Positions 11,401-22,600 of a stretch of 64,000 nt of DNA are shown one piece after another; the first letter of the stretch is position 1; every line of letters begins with the position of its first letter. The notes beneath the pieces were generated by a model. That model was not told the DNA's origin. It did no database searches and saw nothing but the letters and a program-made list of their open reading frames with translations. This DNA comes from Macrostomum hystrix. Taxonomy: Eukaryota > Animalia > Platyhelminthes. The DNA is taken from the NCBI GenBank assembly GCA_950097015.1, contig CATNEN010000003.1, positions 3,658,001-3,722,000 on the forward strand, in the 5' to 3' direction. The translations under genes were made by a program, and so were the position numbers.

Positions 11401-14400
11401 AGATCCTAAATCCTCATCACTTACAATCTAGAGCCAGATCCTAAATCCTTATCACTTACAATCTAGAGCCAGATACTAAATCCTCATCACTTACAATCTA
11501 GAGCCAGATCCTAAATACTGATTCCCAGATCCTAAATCCTCATCCCTTACAATCTAGAGCCAGATCCTAAATCCTCATCAATTACAATCTAGAGCCAGAT
11601 CCTAAATCCTCATCACTTACAATCTAGAGCCAGATCCTAAATCCTCATCAATTACAATCTAGAGCCAGATCCTAAATACTGATTCCCAGATCCCAAATCC
11701 TCATCCCTTACAATCTAGAGCCAGATCCTAAATACTGATTCCCAGATCCTAAATCCTCATCCCTTACAATCTAGAGCCAGATCCTAAATACTGATTCCCA
11801 GATCCCAAATCCTCATCCCTTACAATCTAGAGCCAGATCCTAAATACTGATTCCCAGATCCTAAATCCTCATCCCTTATAATCTAGAGCCAGATCCTAAA
11901 TCCTCATCCCTTATAATCTAGAGCCAGATCCTAAATCCTCATCCCTTATAATCTAGAGCCAGATCCTAAATACTGATTCCCAGATCCTAAATCCTCATCA
12001 ATTACAATCTAGAGCCAGATCCTAAATCCTGATTCCCAGATCCTAAATCCATATCCCATACAATCTAGAGCCAGATCCCAAGTCATCATCCCTTACAATC
12101 TAGAGCCAGATCCCAAATTCTCATCCCATACAACCGAGAGCCAAATCCCAGATCCCGATTCCCGCAGAACCCGCAGCTTCAGACTCACCAGCAGTGCGGG
12201 ATCTTTGAGCAGAGCTCTAGCGATGGCAATCCGCTGCTTCTGCCCGCCGCTAACAGCCAATCCCCGCTCGCCAACGTGAGTGTCGTAGCCCCTTGGAAAG
12301 CCGACAATGAAATCGTGCGCCTGAGCCAATCTGGCAGCCGCTTCAACCTCAGCGTCGGTGGCGTCGGGCCGGCCGTAGCGAATGTTCTCCCGGATGCTGG
12401 TGCAGAACAGGGCCGGCTCCTGAGGAATCAGGCCGACTAGGCGACCGCGCACCCAGCCGGGGTCGTAGGCGCGAAGATCTCGGCCAGCCAATAGGACGCG
12501 GCCCTCGGTGGGGTCATAGAACCTGTAGATTTGATTGGATGATAGATTTGTTGATGCCGGCTGAAAATCGTTTTAAGACAAGCCAGAATAGATGGTGTTA
12601 CTTTTGTTAAGATATGGCGGCTAGATCGAAGAACGCGCTAAATTGGCGGCGGCAAGATCAAAGAAGACAAATAACTGGTGGCGGTTAGATCAAAGACCAC
12701 ACAAAATCGATGGCGGCTAGATCAAATAACAAACAAATTCAGTGGCGGCTATAGATGAAGGGGTCTGACCTGGTCAGCAGTTGAGTCACCGTGCTCTTGC
12801 CGGCTCCTGATCTGCCACAGACGGCCACAACGCAGCCGCTGGGTACAGATAAGGTGACATCGTCCAGTACGGGCGCATCCGGTCTGCCTGGATAGGCAAA
12901 TCGGACAGATTCCAATCGGACCAGCTCCTGTCCAGGTGACACTGTACTGGGCAGCTCGGTTAGAAGCCCAGGCCGTCCTCTGTCCAGCTCGATGGCTGGC
13001 CGGCTGTTCAACAGGCGGAAGACCCGGCCGCCGGCTGTGGCGCCTTTGATGGCGTGGCCAAACAGAGGCGACAGATTAGCCGCAGAGCGCATGGCGGTCT
13101 GGACACCGACCAGGTAGGCGGTCAGTTCGCCGGGCGTCAATTCGCCGCGACCGATGCAGACGCCACCGCCGCAGAGAACGGTGAGAACTACACCATTGAC
13201 GGCCAGGTTCGATAGGGCCTATCGTTTTGACATAACAAAAAAAAGTAATTTTCGATACATATCGGGTAGGTGTTGATTGTTGAAAAAAACAAAAAATTGC
13301 CTAGATCAATTGCAAATTGAATTTTTTGAGTTCAGGTCACTTTCACGGTCACGGAGTTAGTTTAAAATAGTTTGTAGTTTGAACTTGCTTGATGGGGATC
13401 TATTCACACAAACTCATTCGAAGGAGGAGTTCAAATTGTTGAAAGAAACTAAAAAAACACCTGACATCTTACCTGAAACAAGCCAATACCTAGAGCCAAC
13501 CTTCTAGCCAGGCTGGCCGCCTCTTCAACCTGTTGCTCGTATAGTCGAAGCTCTTCGGCCTCCATGCCGAAGGCTTTGACGCTACGCATCTGAGTGAGGG
13601 CTTCGTGGGCCACAGCGTTGGCCGCGGCGTGTTGAGCAGCTGCTCGCTTGCTCAAAGTCCGCAGCATAGAGCCTAGGCCAAGGCCGACAGCTACAACTAG
13701 GGGTATGTACAGTAGAAAGAAGGCCGTTAGTCTGGGCGACATGGCGACTAGGTAGCCGAGGCTGCCGACAGCTTGCGTTGTGTTGCGAAGGCCTTGCGAT
13801 ACGGCCGACTTGAAGGCACTTTTGAAATCCTAAAAAAAACGAAATATTAAAAAAATCTTAAGTGAAGAGGAGCTAAACAATAAGGTTATGGGTAGGAGGT
13901 ATAATGGGTTAAATTATGATTGAAAATTAAGGATTTATTGAGTTGATTTTCGTTAATCCCTTAATCTGTTTAACGTGAAGGACTTAATTTAGAAGTTCAC
14001 ATTTGAGGATAGAAGTTGACTCTGGAGTGTAAATTAGGGGTAGGAGATGATTCTGGAGTGTACATTTGGGGGTAGGAGTTGACTCTGGAGTGTACATTTA
14101 GAGGGTAGGAGTTGACTCTGGAGTGTACATTTGGGGGTAGGAGTTGACTCTGGAGTGTACATTTGGGGGCAGAAAATAACAGTCAAATGTACATTACATT
14201 AAGAACCAAAATATGGACTGTACCTTGAGGGTTGGAAGTTTTTTCGTTTGACATCATAATATATTTTTATGCCTCGATCTCAACTCACCTGAACATCGCC
14301 AGACAGCCTGCTAAGCAGCTCAGCAGATCGGTGCTTATCAAAGAAGGCAACATCCTGGTTGAGCAGGGTTGCCATCAGGCGCCGACGCAGGCGGGCTGCC

Positions 14401-15589
14401 AGATTTTCACCGACGCAGCCCAACAGGGAGATGTAGGCGAATGTAACGCCACTCTGGTAATGGATGGGGATTTGGGAAGAGAGGTTATAAATCCTCCTTA
14501 ACTGAGGTTCTGGGCAGGTAGGCAGTGTAATCTACCTGAGCGGCATACACAGCTAGCAGCCTTAACGCCGGTGCCATCACCGTCCTAAGCTGGTCCCAGT
14601 CGGCACTCTGCAGTTTCATCACGGCGTCAACCATCTGACTGATGCCAGCAGGAATCTGGACGTTCAAAAATGCGGCAGCCACGGAAGCGGCCACGGCAGC
14701 CAAGAGCAGGTGAAGATCCGGCAGCAAAAGACTTCCAAGAAGTCGCCAACTGAACTTGCCAACATTTTCAATGTCGTCACGCACTTGTGATTCGCTATCG
14801 TCATCTGAATTCTGATCAGTGCGAGCCAGTACTGGCTGTTTAATATCCACTACGGACTGTCTATTAATTGACTCGGCATGTACAGTGTCAAACCTGTACA
14901 AACGTGTCAGCCAATCAGTCCGCGAGCAGCAATAACCGGCGCCTCCGCCAATCAGAACAGTCGCAGCTGCCAGGCCTAATTTCTTAACAATTTTTGTTGA
15001 ACACGTCTGCTGTTTACTGGCAGTTGCTATTAGCAACGAGGAATCCGTTAAAGCGCGACGGACGATGGACACAATGCGCTTAGATGGCCTTGAGGCCAAG
15101 CACAGCTGAAGAAGACGCGATTGAGTCTGCAAGGGGAGTTGAAAGTTTTTTATCTCTTTTTGAAAAAATATACAATTATTACACCTGTCCCTATTGGGCC
15201 ATACGTGCAGCTTACAGCACAGCCGCAGCCATTGCACGGAGCATCTGAAGGCTGCGTGCGGCTGTTCAGTCCATGGACTGGGGAGGGGGACCCCACACCC
15301 AAAAATTGTTTCTCTGGAGTCAGGAATCGAACCCTCGACGGTTAAGTCATGAGTCCAACGCTCTTAATCACTAGGCCTCTACAGTGCCTCTATCCAAGCC
15401 TATTTTAAAATCTCTACAGTTCAATTGGCTTTAAATCTTTGCATACACAAGAAAAAATACAGGAGATACAATGAGAGACTTAAAAAACGTCGAGTATATT
15501 TACAAAAAAACCGATTCACAATTTCTTTTAAAATAATTTTTAAATTGTTAAAAAAATACCTAACTTACTACTTTCAGCGATGAAACTGA
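8423..15589 (-). CDS. ABCB8: Mitochondrial ABC half-transporter, ABCB8-like
   Basis: Exons 15569-15589 (21 nt), 14536-15126, 14289-14453, 13473-13829, 12770-13218, 12189-12522, 9345-9512, 8423-8506. Motifs: [13 protein letters not shown]|DFKSAFK..VSQGLR, Walker [10 protein letters not shown], signature [32 protein letters not shown]. No in-frame genomic ATG before TM1 (see findings). Confidence 0.9.
8595..9230. repeat. Intronic minisatellite, 23-bp unit (CAGGGCTAATTTTCAAAATCCTT)
   Basis: Tandem array in the last ABCB8 intron. Confidence 0.97.
9620..12160. repeat. Intronic minisatellite, 35-bp unit with optional 21-bp insert
   Basis: AGAGCCAGATCCTAAATCCTCATCACTTACAATCT interspersed with ACTGATTCCCAGATCCTAAAT; about 2.5 kb, nearly the whole intron. 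Confidence 0.97.
14010..14170. repeat. Short intronic minisatellite, ~32-bp unit
   Basis: GACTCTGGAGTGTACATTTGGGGGTAGGAGTT, about 5 copies. Confidence 0.9.
15175..15390 (-). mobile_element. SINE family A, internally deleted
   Basis: Palindrome at 15267-15280 and B box near 15322-15333; lies in ABCB8 intron 1. Confidence 0.8.
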
Positions 15590-15939
15590 CTGAAATTAGA
15601 AGCGTGATATAGAATTTAAAAATATATGAAGCTATGTTGCTAACCAATAGCTCGTACTACTTACAAAACATAAGCAGCACAATTAATCAAAGTAAATACA
15701 TGCATAAAAATTTATACAGTAAAAATTGAATCCATGGAATTACTACGAAAACTGTTCTTGGAGAACTAACAGTAAAATTACAACGCGGTACAGTTAAAAA
15801 TATTGACCATATTCTAAAATACAGTCGAAAAAAAATGTAAAAATAGGGACTGAACTCAATAGAAAGATTATTGCTCTGCTCAATTTATACAAGAAAAACT
15901 GATCGTTTTCTAGTATGCTCCTATCCCATCCGGTTCTTC

Positions 15940-16365
15940 ACTCATCTCACCCTGTTCTCCCTCATCTCACCCTGTTCTCCCCTTATCCCAACCTGTTCTC
16001 CCCTTATCCCAACCTGTTCTCCCCTCATCTCACCCTGTTCTCCCCTTATCCCAACCTGTTCTCCCCTTATCCCAACCTGTTCTCCCCTTATCCCAACCTG
16101 TTCTCCCCTCATCCCACTCTGTTCTCCCCTTATCTCACCCTGTTCTCCCCTTATCTCACCCTGTTCTCCCCTTATCTCACCCTGTTCTCCCCTTATCTCA
16201 CCCTGTTCTCCCCTTATCTCACCCTTTTCTCCCCTTATCTCACCCTGTTCTCCCCTTATCTCACCCTGTTCTCCCCTTATCTCACCTTGTTCTTCACTCA
16301 TCCAACCCTGATCTCCCCTCATCCCAACCCTGTTCTCCCCTCATCCCAACCTTGTTCTTCCCCTA
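15940..16365. repeat. Minisatellite, 21-bp unit (TCTCACCCTGTTCTCCCCTTA)
   Basis: Tandem array downstream of the stop codon at 16398. Confidence 0.95.
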
Positions 16366-16397
16366 TCATCAAGCCTCACAAAGGTGTCATCAAATCT

Positions 16398-17716
16398 CTA
16401 ATCAGAAAAGTCGTACGCTGCAGCCGCAGTTGCCAACTGCTCCTGTTGTCGATTTCTTAGACGCTTGCGGAAAGTCCTCGTCAACCGTTTGGGAAGAGTG
16501 AAAACATTGACAGCCAGTAGAACTGATGCTAATAGTACAGAGCCGGTCTGCAAACGGAACCAGTTATAACAGGACAATGAAAATGTGAAGGACCGTTGCG
16601 TTCGCCGAAGAATACACTACGGAGATAGCAGATTTTCAAATTGTCTGAACAAATTCAGTCACTGTGTTTGTTGTTTTATTTATAGCTTTCATGCTACCAT
16701 TTTTCTGTTCTCAACATGCCTTTCCCTGTGCCCAAAAATGGATTAAGCATCTGAAAACGACAAAACCACTTGGAAACTAGCTCATCGTTCTCTTCTATCC
16801 TCTATTCTCCATCTTCATTCCTTTTTTACTTAAGCGCGCGGGAATGCATCTTGGCGTACAGGATTGACTTTGTCTATGGTAAAACCTCATTCATAATGTT
16901 AGGGCCAATGTTCATATAGATCGGAGGTCGGCAAACTCCGGCCCGCGGGCCAGATGCGGCTCTCGAAGCTCTCAAATCCGGCCCGTTGCCCCTTCCGACA
17001 CCTATAGTACTGCTTCACCTTTCCCCTGTCTCATCTCCCCCCGTGTGTCACCTTTCCCGTCTTATCTCACCCGTGTCTCGTCTCTCCCGTGCCTTATCTC
17101 TCCTTTGTCACATCTATACTCTGTCTCATCCCTCCCCTGTCTCGTCTCCCCGTCACCTCTTCTCTGTCTCATCTTTCCCCAGCTCTGTATCTGCTTCCAC
17201 AAAAGTTTCTTTATTCTAAAAACGCATTTTTTCGGCAAAGACAGGCACTCGGCAGGCCGATTCGAACCCCAGACCTCTTACCGCAGCGGCCAAGCCAAGC
17301 AGCAGATGAAATGACAGTCTAGAGCCGAACCAAACAGCGGCTCCAAGTGCGGCGGAGACCGTCAATTTGGTCACGTGACGGGAAAAGCTACTTAACTTCT
17401 GACTAATCATTGAAAGCAGTTGGAACCGGGAAATTCTTTCAGATTTCGGAGTATAACTTCCAGATTGCTGATCAATATCTGGCAGAGATTCGAAAAAATC
17501 CGAACTGAACCCGTTGTCGCCAAGTGACAGATCGGTGTGGTTCGAATCGTCATTAGAAGAAGATTCCGCTCGGACAAGTGAAAAAGTACATCGGAATCTT
17601 TGATTGCCTGATTTCCTACAGACTAAACCAGTAGCTGAAGCTGAACCAGCAGAAACCAGAGCCAATGTCAAGCGGATTCGACCGATTCTAGCTGCATGTA
17701 GACAGAGGAATTGCAT
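16398..17716 (-). CDS. Uncharacterised 194-aa protein with basic N-terminus (possible mitochondrial presequence) and two hydrophobic segments
   Basis: Exons 17282-17716 (GCG|gtaaga) and 16398-16547 (ttgcag|ACC) join in phase 0: ...LLLGLAAA|TGSVLLASVLLAVNV...AYDFSD*. Confidence 0.7.
16922..17195 (+). mobile_element. Partial hAT-type MITE with internal CT-rich repeat
   Basis: GGTCGGCAAACTCCGGCCCGCGGGCCAGATGCGGC matches the left end of 23860-24398 and is followed by the same TCTCCCGTGTCT repeat. Confidence 0.75.
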
Positions 17717-17807
17717 TCGCTGAAATCAGTGTTCGAATGGGACATTTTTCATGATTTATATCTGTGCTCAAAGTAAATGCTTATTAGTCTCATCCTATCA
17801 CCTCATC

Positions 17808-18112
17808 AGGGGTTGAGTGGCAGAGCATGCTTAACTCGTCCGTCTCTCGCGCCAAGGTCCCTGAGCTCGATTCCGCGGCGAGGCCACATTCAATTTAGGG
17901 CGCAGCCGCGGAGAGAAGGCTTGGGGGCTTGTCATGCAATTTGAGAGTGTGAGTGTACACTGCCTGAAATTCAGGGCAGATGTACACACCTGTGCGTGTG
18001 TGCTCAGGAGTCAGCGAAATGGACAGAAGTGCCTCCTCGCAGGCTGCGGGTCTAGTGCCACAAAATGGTGTGTCATTGCCGGCAGCCCTCGTGCAATCAT
18101 TATTATTATTTG
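17808..18112 (+). mobile_element. tRNA-derived SINE, family B
   Basis: A/B-box-like head and (ATT)n tail; similar to 6060-6402 and 44695-44920. Confidence 0.8.
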
Positions 18113-18524
18113 TATCCTTACGTTCGCATTATTATCCCTCATTATCCCATCTTACTGTTCTCCCTCAATACCATATTGTTCTGTATTATCCCCTATCCTG
18201 TTTCTCCTATCCCTAACAAGTTCTCCTTCACTTTTAATCTGTGGCTATTGAAATAAAAAAGAACTTTGATTGCACACGTAAAATAAAATTCGCACCTCAC
18301 ATTAAGAGAATGAGGCGACTATAAACTTTATTAAAAACAAAAAATGCAGCATTTTAACTACTGCTACTGATAAGGGGGCATGTGATAATTTTGAATCACA
18401 TGGTAGCACTTTTGCAACAGAAACTTACAGTAGGGACTATGTTAGCATTTTTACTACAGAATCGGCTTAGAAAACTTTTTTCGTATCTATACGTTCGTAA
18501 GATGGGATTTTCATGACCACATTG

Positions 18525-18920
18525 CTCCTCCGCTCCCTACCCCTTCCTATCCGCTCCCCATCCCTTCATATCAGCTCCCTACCACTTTATCTCCGCTCCC
18601 CACCCCTTCATCTCCGCTCCCCATCCCTTCCTATCCGCTCCCCACCCCTTCATATCAGCTCCCTACCACTTTATCTCCGCTCCCCATCCCTTCATCTCCG
18701 CTCCCTTCCCCTTCATCTCCGCTCCCTACCCCGTCATCTCCGCTCCCTACCCCTTCATCTCCGCTCCCTACCCATTCATCTCTGCTCCCTACCCACTCAT
18801 CTCCGCTCTCAACCCTTTATCTCCGCTCCCCATCCCTTCATCTCCGCTCCCTTCCCCTTCATCTCCGCTCCCCATCCCTTCATCTCCGCTCCCTTCCCCG
18901 TCATCTCCGCTCCCCATCCC
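18525..18920. repeat. Minisatellite, ~21-bp unit (CTCCGCTCCCTACCCCTTCAT)
   Basis: Directly visible tandem array. Confidence 0.95.
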
Positions 18921-18992
18921 TGTTGCCATCCAGTGAAAAAAGAAAAAAAACAGAAAAAATCCATAGATCGATTTGCTGATTTAATCAATCAT

Positions 18993-19259
18993 TCAACTCT
19001 TCCTCACTCCGCCAAAGCCACCGAACCGTCTCATCAGCACCGAACCGAGATCGTCCACAACGGCAGCGCCTGCGTCGGTCAAATCGGCGGACGAAGCTGA
19101 CAGCGCGGCGGCGGTGACCGAGGCGGACGCGGCGACCGACTCGGCAGCCACCGACAGCTGTTTGCGACGTTGGCAACGCTGATACTCGCGCGACAGGCTT
19201 TGGATTAAGGCCAGGAAACCGGCGCCCAATAGGAATGCAGATAGAACAGCCAAGCCTTC
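18993..19259 (-). CDS. Small single-TM protein exon with no N-terminal ATG
   Basis: GC-rich ORF that begins exactly at the acceptor tttttatgtag|GAA GGC TTG GCT (EGLAVLSAFLLGAGFLALIQSLSREYQRCQRRK...). Confidence 0.55.
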   Translation of the reverse strand, partial: EGLAVLSAFLLGAGFLALIQSLSREYQRCQRRKQLSVAAESVAASASVTAAALSASSADLTDAGAAVVDDLGSVLMRRFGGFGGVRKS

Positions 19260-19324
19260 CTACATAAAAAAATAAATAATTTATGTCTTTAATATTTAAG
19301 GTTAGCGGTCAGGAAATGCCATCT

Positions 19325-21170
19325 TAATTATACCGCGTCATTGTAGTTAGCCTACGCGTGTTGAAACGATGTTGAAACTAACGGCAGCCCGCCCGCCGCT
19401 GTTGTCACTCATGCGCTAACAATTAGTTTATATTTATTACTTAATTAGTACGAAATTAATCAAAGATCGCGTAGAACGTTAACATGACAAATGAATGGAA
19501 AATTAAAGCTCGATACGAGCTTAGAAACCATTTTAGACGCAATAATAGAATTAAAAACAATAAAAACTGTCAGATTAGTCACAGTGAGTAAAAAGCACAA
19601 TTGTCAGTTGCTGCCGTGCCCTTGGTTTATGCTGATCGTGCAGTTTTCAAACTTACAATTACTGAAAACGTTAGGTACTCCGGCGGAAGGAACTCCAATT
19701 GCAACACTGCAGTTTGCGATCGCAGGCGACGCAGTTGTTGACGGGCCAACCACAGTATAGCTTTCGACCACAGGAGAAGACTGCGCTACAGGAAGAACAG
19801 AGATGTCTGAGGTAGACGGTGCTGTCGAAAGGCGGCTACTAATCGTTGGAGACAAGGCCACTTTCTTTGAAAACTTTAGTCTTTTATTGTAGAGCTCGAC
19901 GCTTTCCGCTCGCTTATGGCCAGTCACAGCTTGAATCTGGGGTACACTGACGCCGTCTTCAATCAGGTTCGTGACCACGCTTGCACGGATGCAGTGGTTG
20001 GTGTGATTCCGGCCAGCAAGACCAGCAAGTTCGCACAGCGTCTTCATAAAGCTGTTTAGCCAGTTCTTTCCTAGTATGAAATTATTGTGATACCAGTAGC
20101 CGTCAGTATTGTAACCACGTTGGATTGGCTTTGGCCAGAGACACTCAACGTTCGTCGGTATCTTGCTCAGGTACGAGTATAATTAAACTGCGCGCGCTGG
20201 ACACGTGGTAGGTTCATTTGGAGTCTCGACAATCGTTGTTGGATTGTCAGCAGAAATAGCCTTCTCAATACTAGTCTTCATCACGACTACGTAGCGCACA
20301 CCGTCATACTATTTGATTTGCAGGTCTCTCTTGCTCAATCCACGCAACCATTCACGTCCTCTAAAACCGAAACCATACACGATCTTAAAAAGTACTTCCA
20401 TCTGCAGCCGCGTCGGAGTCGACCGGTCAAAGTACGAACGCAAGCGCACGAAGTCGTCATCCTTAATCGGACAGTAGGTACTAGCACCTCCTACTAGTTT
20501 CTTCTCCTAAAGAGCAGCAGACAACGCCTTAAACGTACGCTCAAACGATGCAAACTGTTCATTTCCAATGATCTTGAGATCCCTTCTTTCAGAAATGTAG
20601 TGATGAATCGACGCTCGGAAGCAAACTAAAGAACGAACGGCGTAGGATTTGCCATCGGTCATCTTTAGCGACACAAACCATAGCATTAGGTATGCGCACA
20701 GATAACGCAGGGCATACTCTCGATGTTGTCCGGCAAGTTTTGGTCACGCAAGAAATTATTCGATCGTTTCACGTGCACTTCCATTTTCTTGGTGGTCGAC
20801 TCACGCTTCGCTTCATCTTCCACACGCCGCAGATCGCTCTCCTCAGTCTCACTGAGCTCTCGCAGAAGTGATGCATCATCTATCTCAGACGGATTTTCCA
20901 GCTCGGCATCTATCAGTCTCTGATGTGCAGCCGTCAAGCCCGACCATTGACTAATCGCTTGACCTGGTTCACGACGTCCAAGGCGCGTCAAAAAATCTAG
21001 CTCATCAGAGCTTAGACCGCTAATACCGTTCTCTAGAATTGAATCGTAACCAACATGTCGAGGCAGTAAAAAGAATAGGCTGCAAAACAACACTCGTCTT
21101 CACCACAAATACTATAATAGCTCAATGATAAATTAATACTATAATAATAAGTCTATCCGCTGATTATACT
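19325..21170 (-). mobile_element. Decayed Crypton (tyrosine recombinase, DUF3504-type) DNA transposon
   Basis: YR motifs GFRGREWLR (about 20345-20372) and TNHCIRA..L...IQAVTGHKRAESVELY (ORF 19604-20047). Reading frame is broken by stops and frameshifts near 20686 and 20508. Ends approximate. Confidence 0.8.
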
Positions 21171-21273
21171 CCACATTGCTTTCAAGGCTGTGTCATCAGT
21201 TCAGCCAGAAGCCGGTGGCTCCAGTTTTTTGCTGTCCTAGGGCCAGCCACTATTGTGACCGGCCATTGCAGTG

Positions 21274-22047
21274 ATGGTGTCGCTGTTGTCCGCCAGTCGC
21301 GCACCCGTTGCTAATACTGCAGTCGCCAATGTCAGTGCAACAATGCCTGTTTCTTCATCGCCAGCCTCATCTTCGACTCCTTCGCCCGCGATTCCAGTCA
21401 CCGAGTCGGGAAGCCACAGTCGAGGAGGAGAAGGCGGCGGAGGCGGAGCTCTGACGGAGATCTCGCAGACTCATGTGTTCGTGGCAGTGCTTGGCGCCGG
21501 TCTAATTGTGCTGCTGGCCCTGGCCCTGGACAGCATGTTCCGGCGCCAGCGTGTGGCCTGTATGCGCCGCTGCTGCCGGCGACCTGTCAGTCCTGACGGT
21601 CGACGCGAACAGGGCGAGGACGAGTGGTACCTGCAGCGGCCGCCGCCTCTAGGAGACGACCAACAGCAGAGACGCCGGCGTCAGCAGCAGCAAGGTCTGA
21701 GATGCCGCTGGTGCAGCAACGGCTGCGTCGGCGGCAGCGCCAGCGGCGGACATCCTGTCGGAGCTTCCATCGCCGAGTTGGAGCCGGCGCTGAGCTTCGG
21801 TGCTGGCGGCAGCGGCGGAGGAGGCGCCGGTGGCGTTGGCTACGCCTGCGGTGTTGGCAGCTCGCCCGGCTCCAGACGGCCAATCTTTGTTCGACGTGGC
21901 GGCGGCGGCGGCTCCAGGTACGGCGGACGGGCAGCCGGCGGGCAGAGGAGCGGCCAGCATGACAGCAGCGGGCCCTGGGAGGACGTGTCCACCACAATGC
22001 CGCCGTCCTACGCCTCCTGCATGCATCCGGAGCGGACCGCTCTGTGA
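21274..22047 (+). CDS. Single-pass membrane protein with juxtamembrane Cys cluster and C-terminal PPxY motif
   Basis: S/T/P-rich ectodomain, TM VFVAVLGAGLIVLLALAL, CMRRCC, MPPSY; GC-rich uninterrupted ORF. Confidence 0.7.
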   Translation: MVSLLSASRAPVANTAVANVSATMPVSSSPASSSTPSPAIPVTESGSHSRGGEGGGGGALTEISQTHVFVAVLGAGLIVLLALALDSMFRRQRVACMRRCCRRPVSPDGRREQGEDEWYLQRPPPLGDDQQQRRRRQQQQGLRCRWCSNGCVGGSASGGHPVGASIAELEPALSFGAGGSGGGGAGGVGYACGVGSSPGSRRPIFVRRGGGGGSRYGGRAAGGQRSGQHDSSGPWEDVSTTMPPSYASCMHPERTAL

Positions 22048-22229
22048 TCCGGTCTGGCACCCGCGGCAGGGATTTCCCAGTCTTGCGCGTAGATTGGGAT
22101 TATCTGTAGTACACTGGGACTGCCCGCGTTGATTGTGTTATGAAGGTCGGGGGATTTCCCTTTTAAGTCACTGGTCGTTAAATGGGATTTCCTTTTTTAT
22201 CACAGATTGTTATACTTAGATTCCTCTTT

Positions 22230-22600
22230 TATCACCGATTAGCAGACTAGAATTCCCCTTTTTAGCACTGATTGGTAGATTGGGATCTCCCTTTGCTCAC
22301 TCATGTAGCTACCACTGATTAGCAGAGTGGGATTCCCCTTTTATCACTGATTAGCAGACTGGGATTCACCCTTTTATCACTGATTAGCAGACTGGGATTC
22401 CCCCTTTATTACTGATTAGCAGACTGGGATCCCCCCTTTACTACTGATTAGCAGACTGGGATTCACCCTTTTATCACTGATTAGCAGACTGGGATTCCCC
22501 CTTTATTACTGATTAGCAGACTGGGATCCCCCCTTTACTACTGATTAGCAGACTGGGATTCACCCTTTTATCACTGATTAGCAGACTGGGATTCCCATTT
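22230..22600. repeat. Minisatellite, 32-33-bp unit (ACTGATTAGCAGACTGGGATTCACCCTTTTATC)
   Basis: Tandem array in the probable 3' UTR; AATAAA at about 22823. Confidence 0.93.

Noticed and set aside
9620-12160. Repeat array with interspersed inserts, superficially CRISPR-like
   Set aside because: The inserts are one recurring 21-mer derived from the unit, not unique spacers. It lies in a eukaryotic intron with no cas genes.
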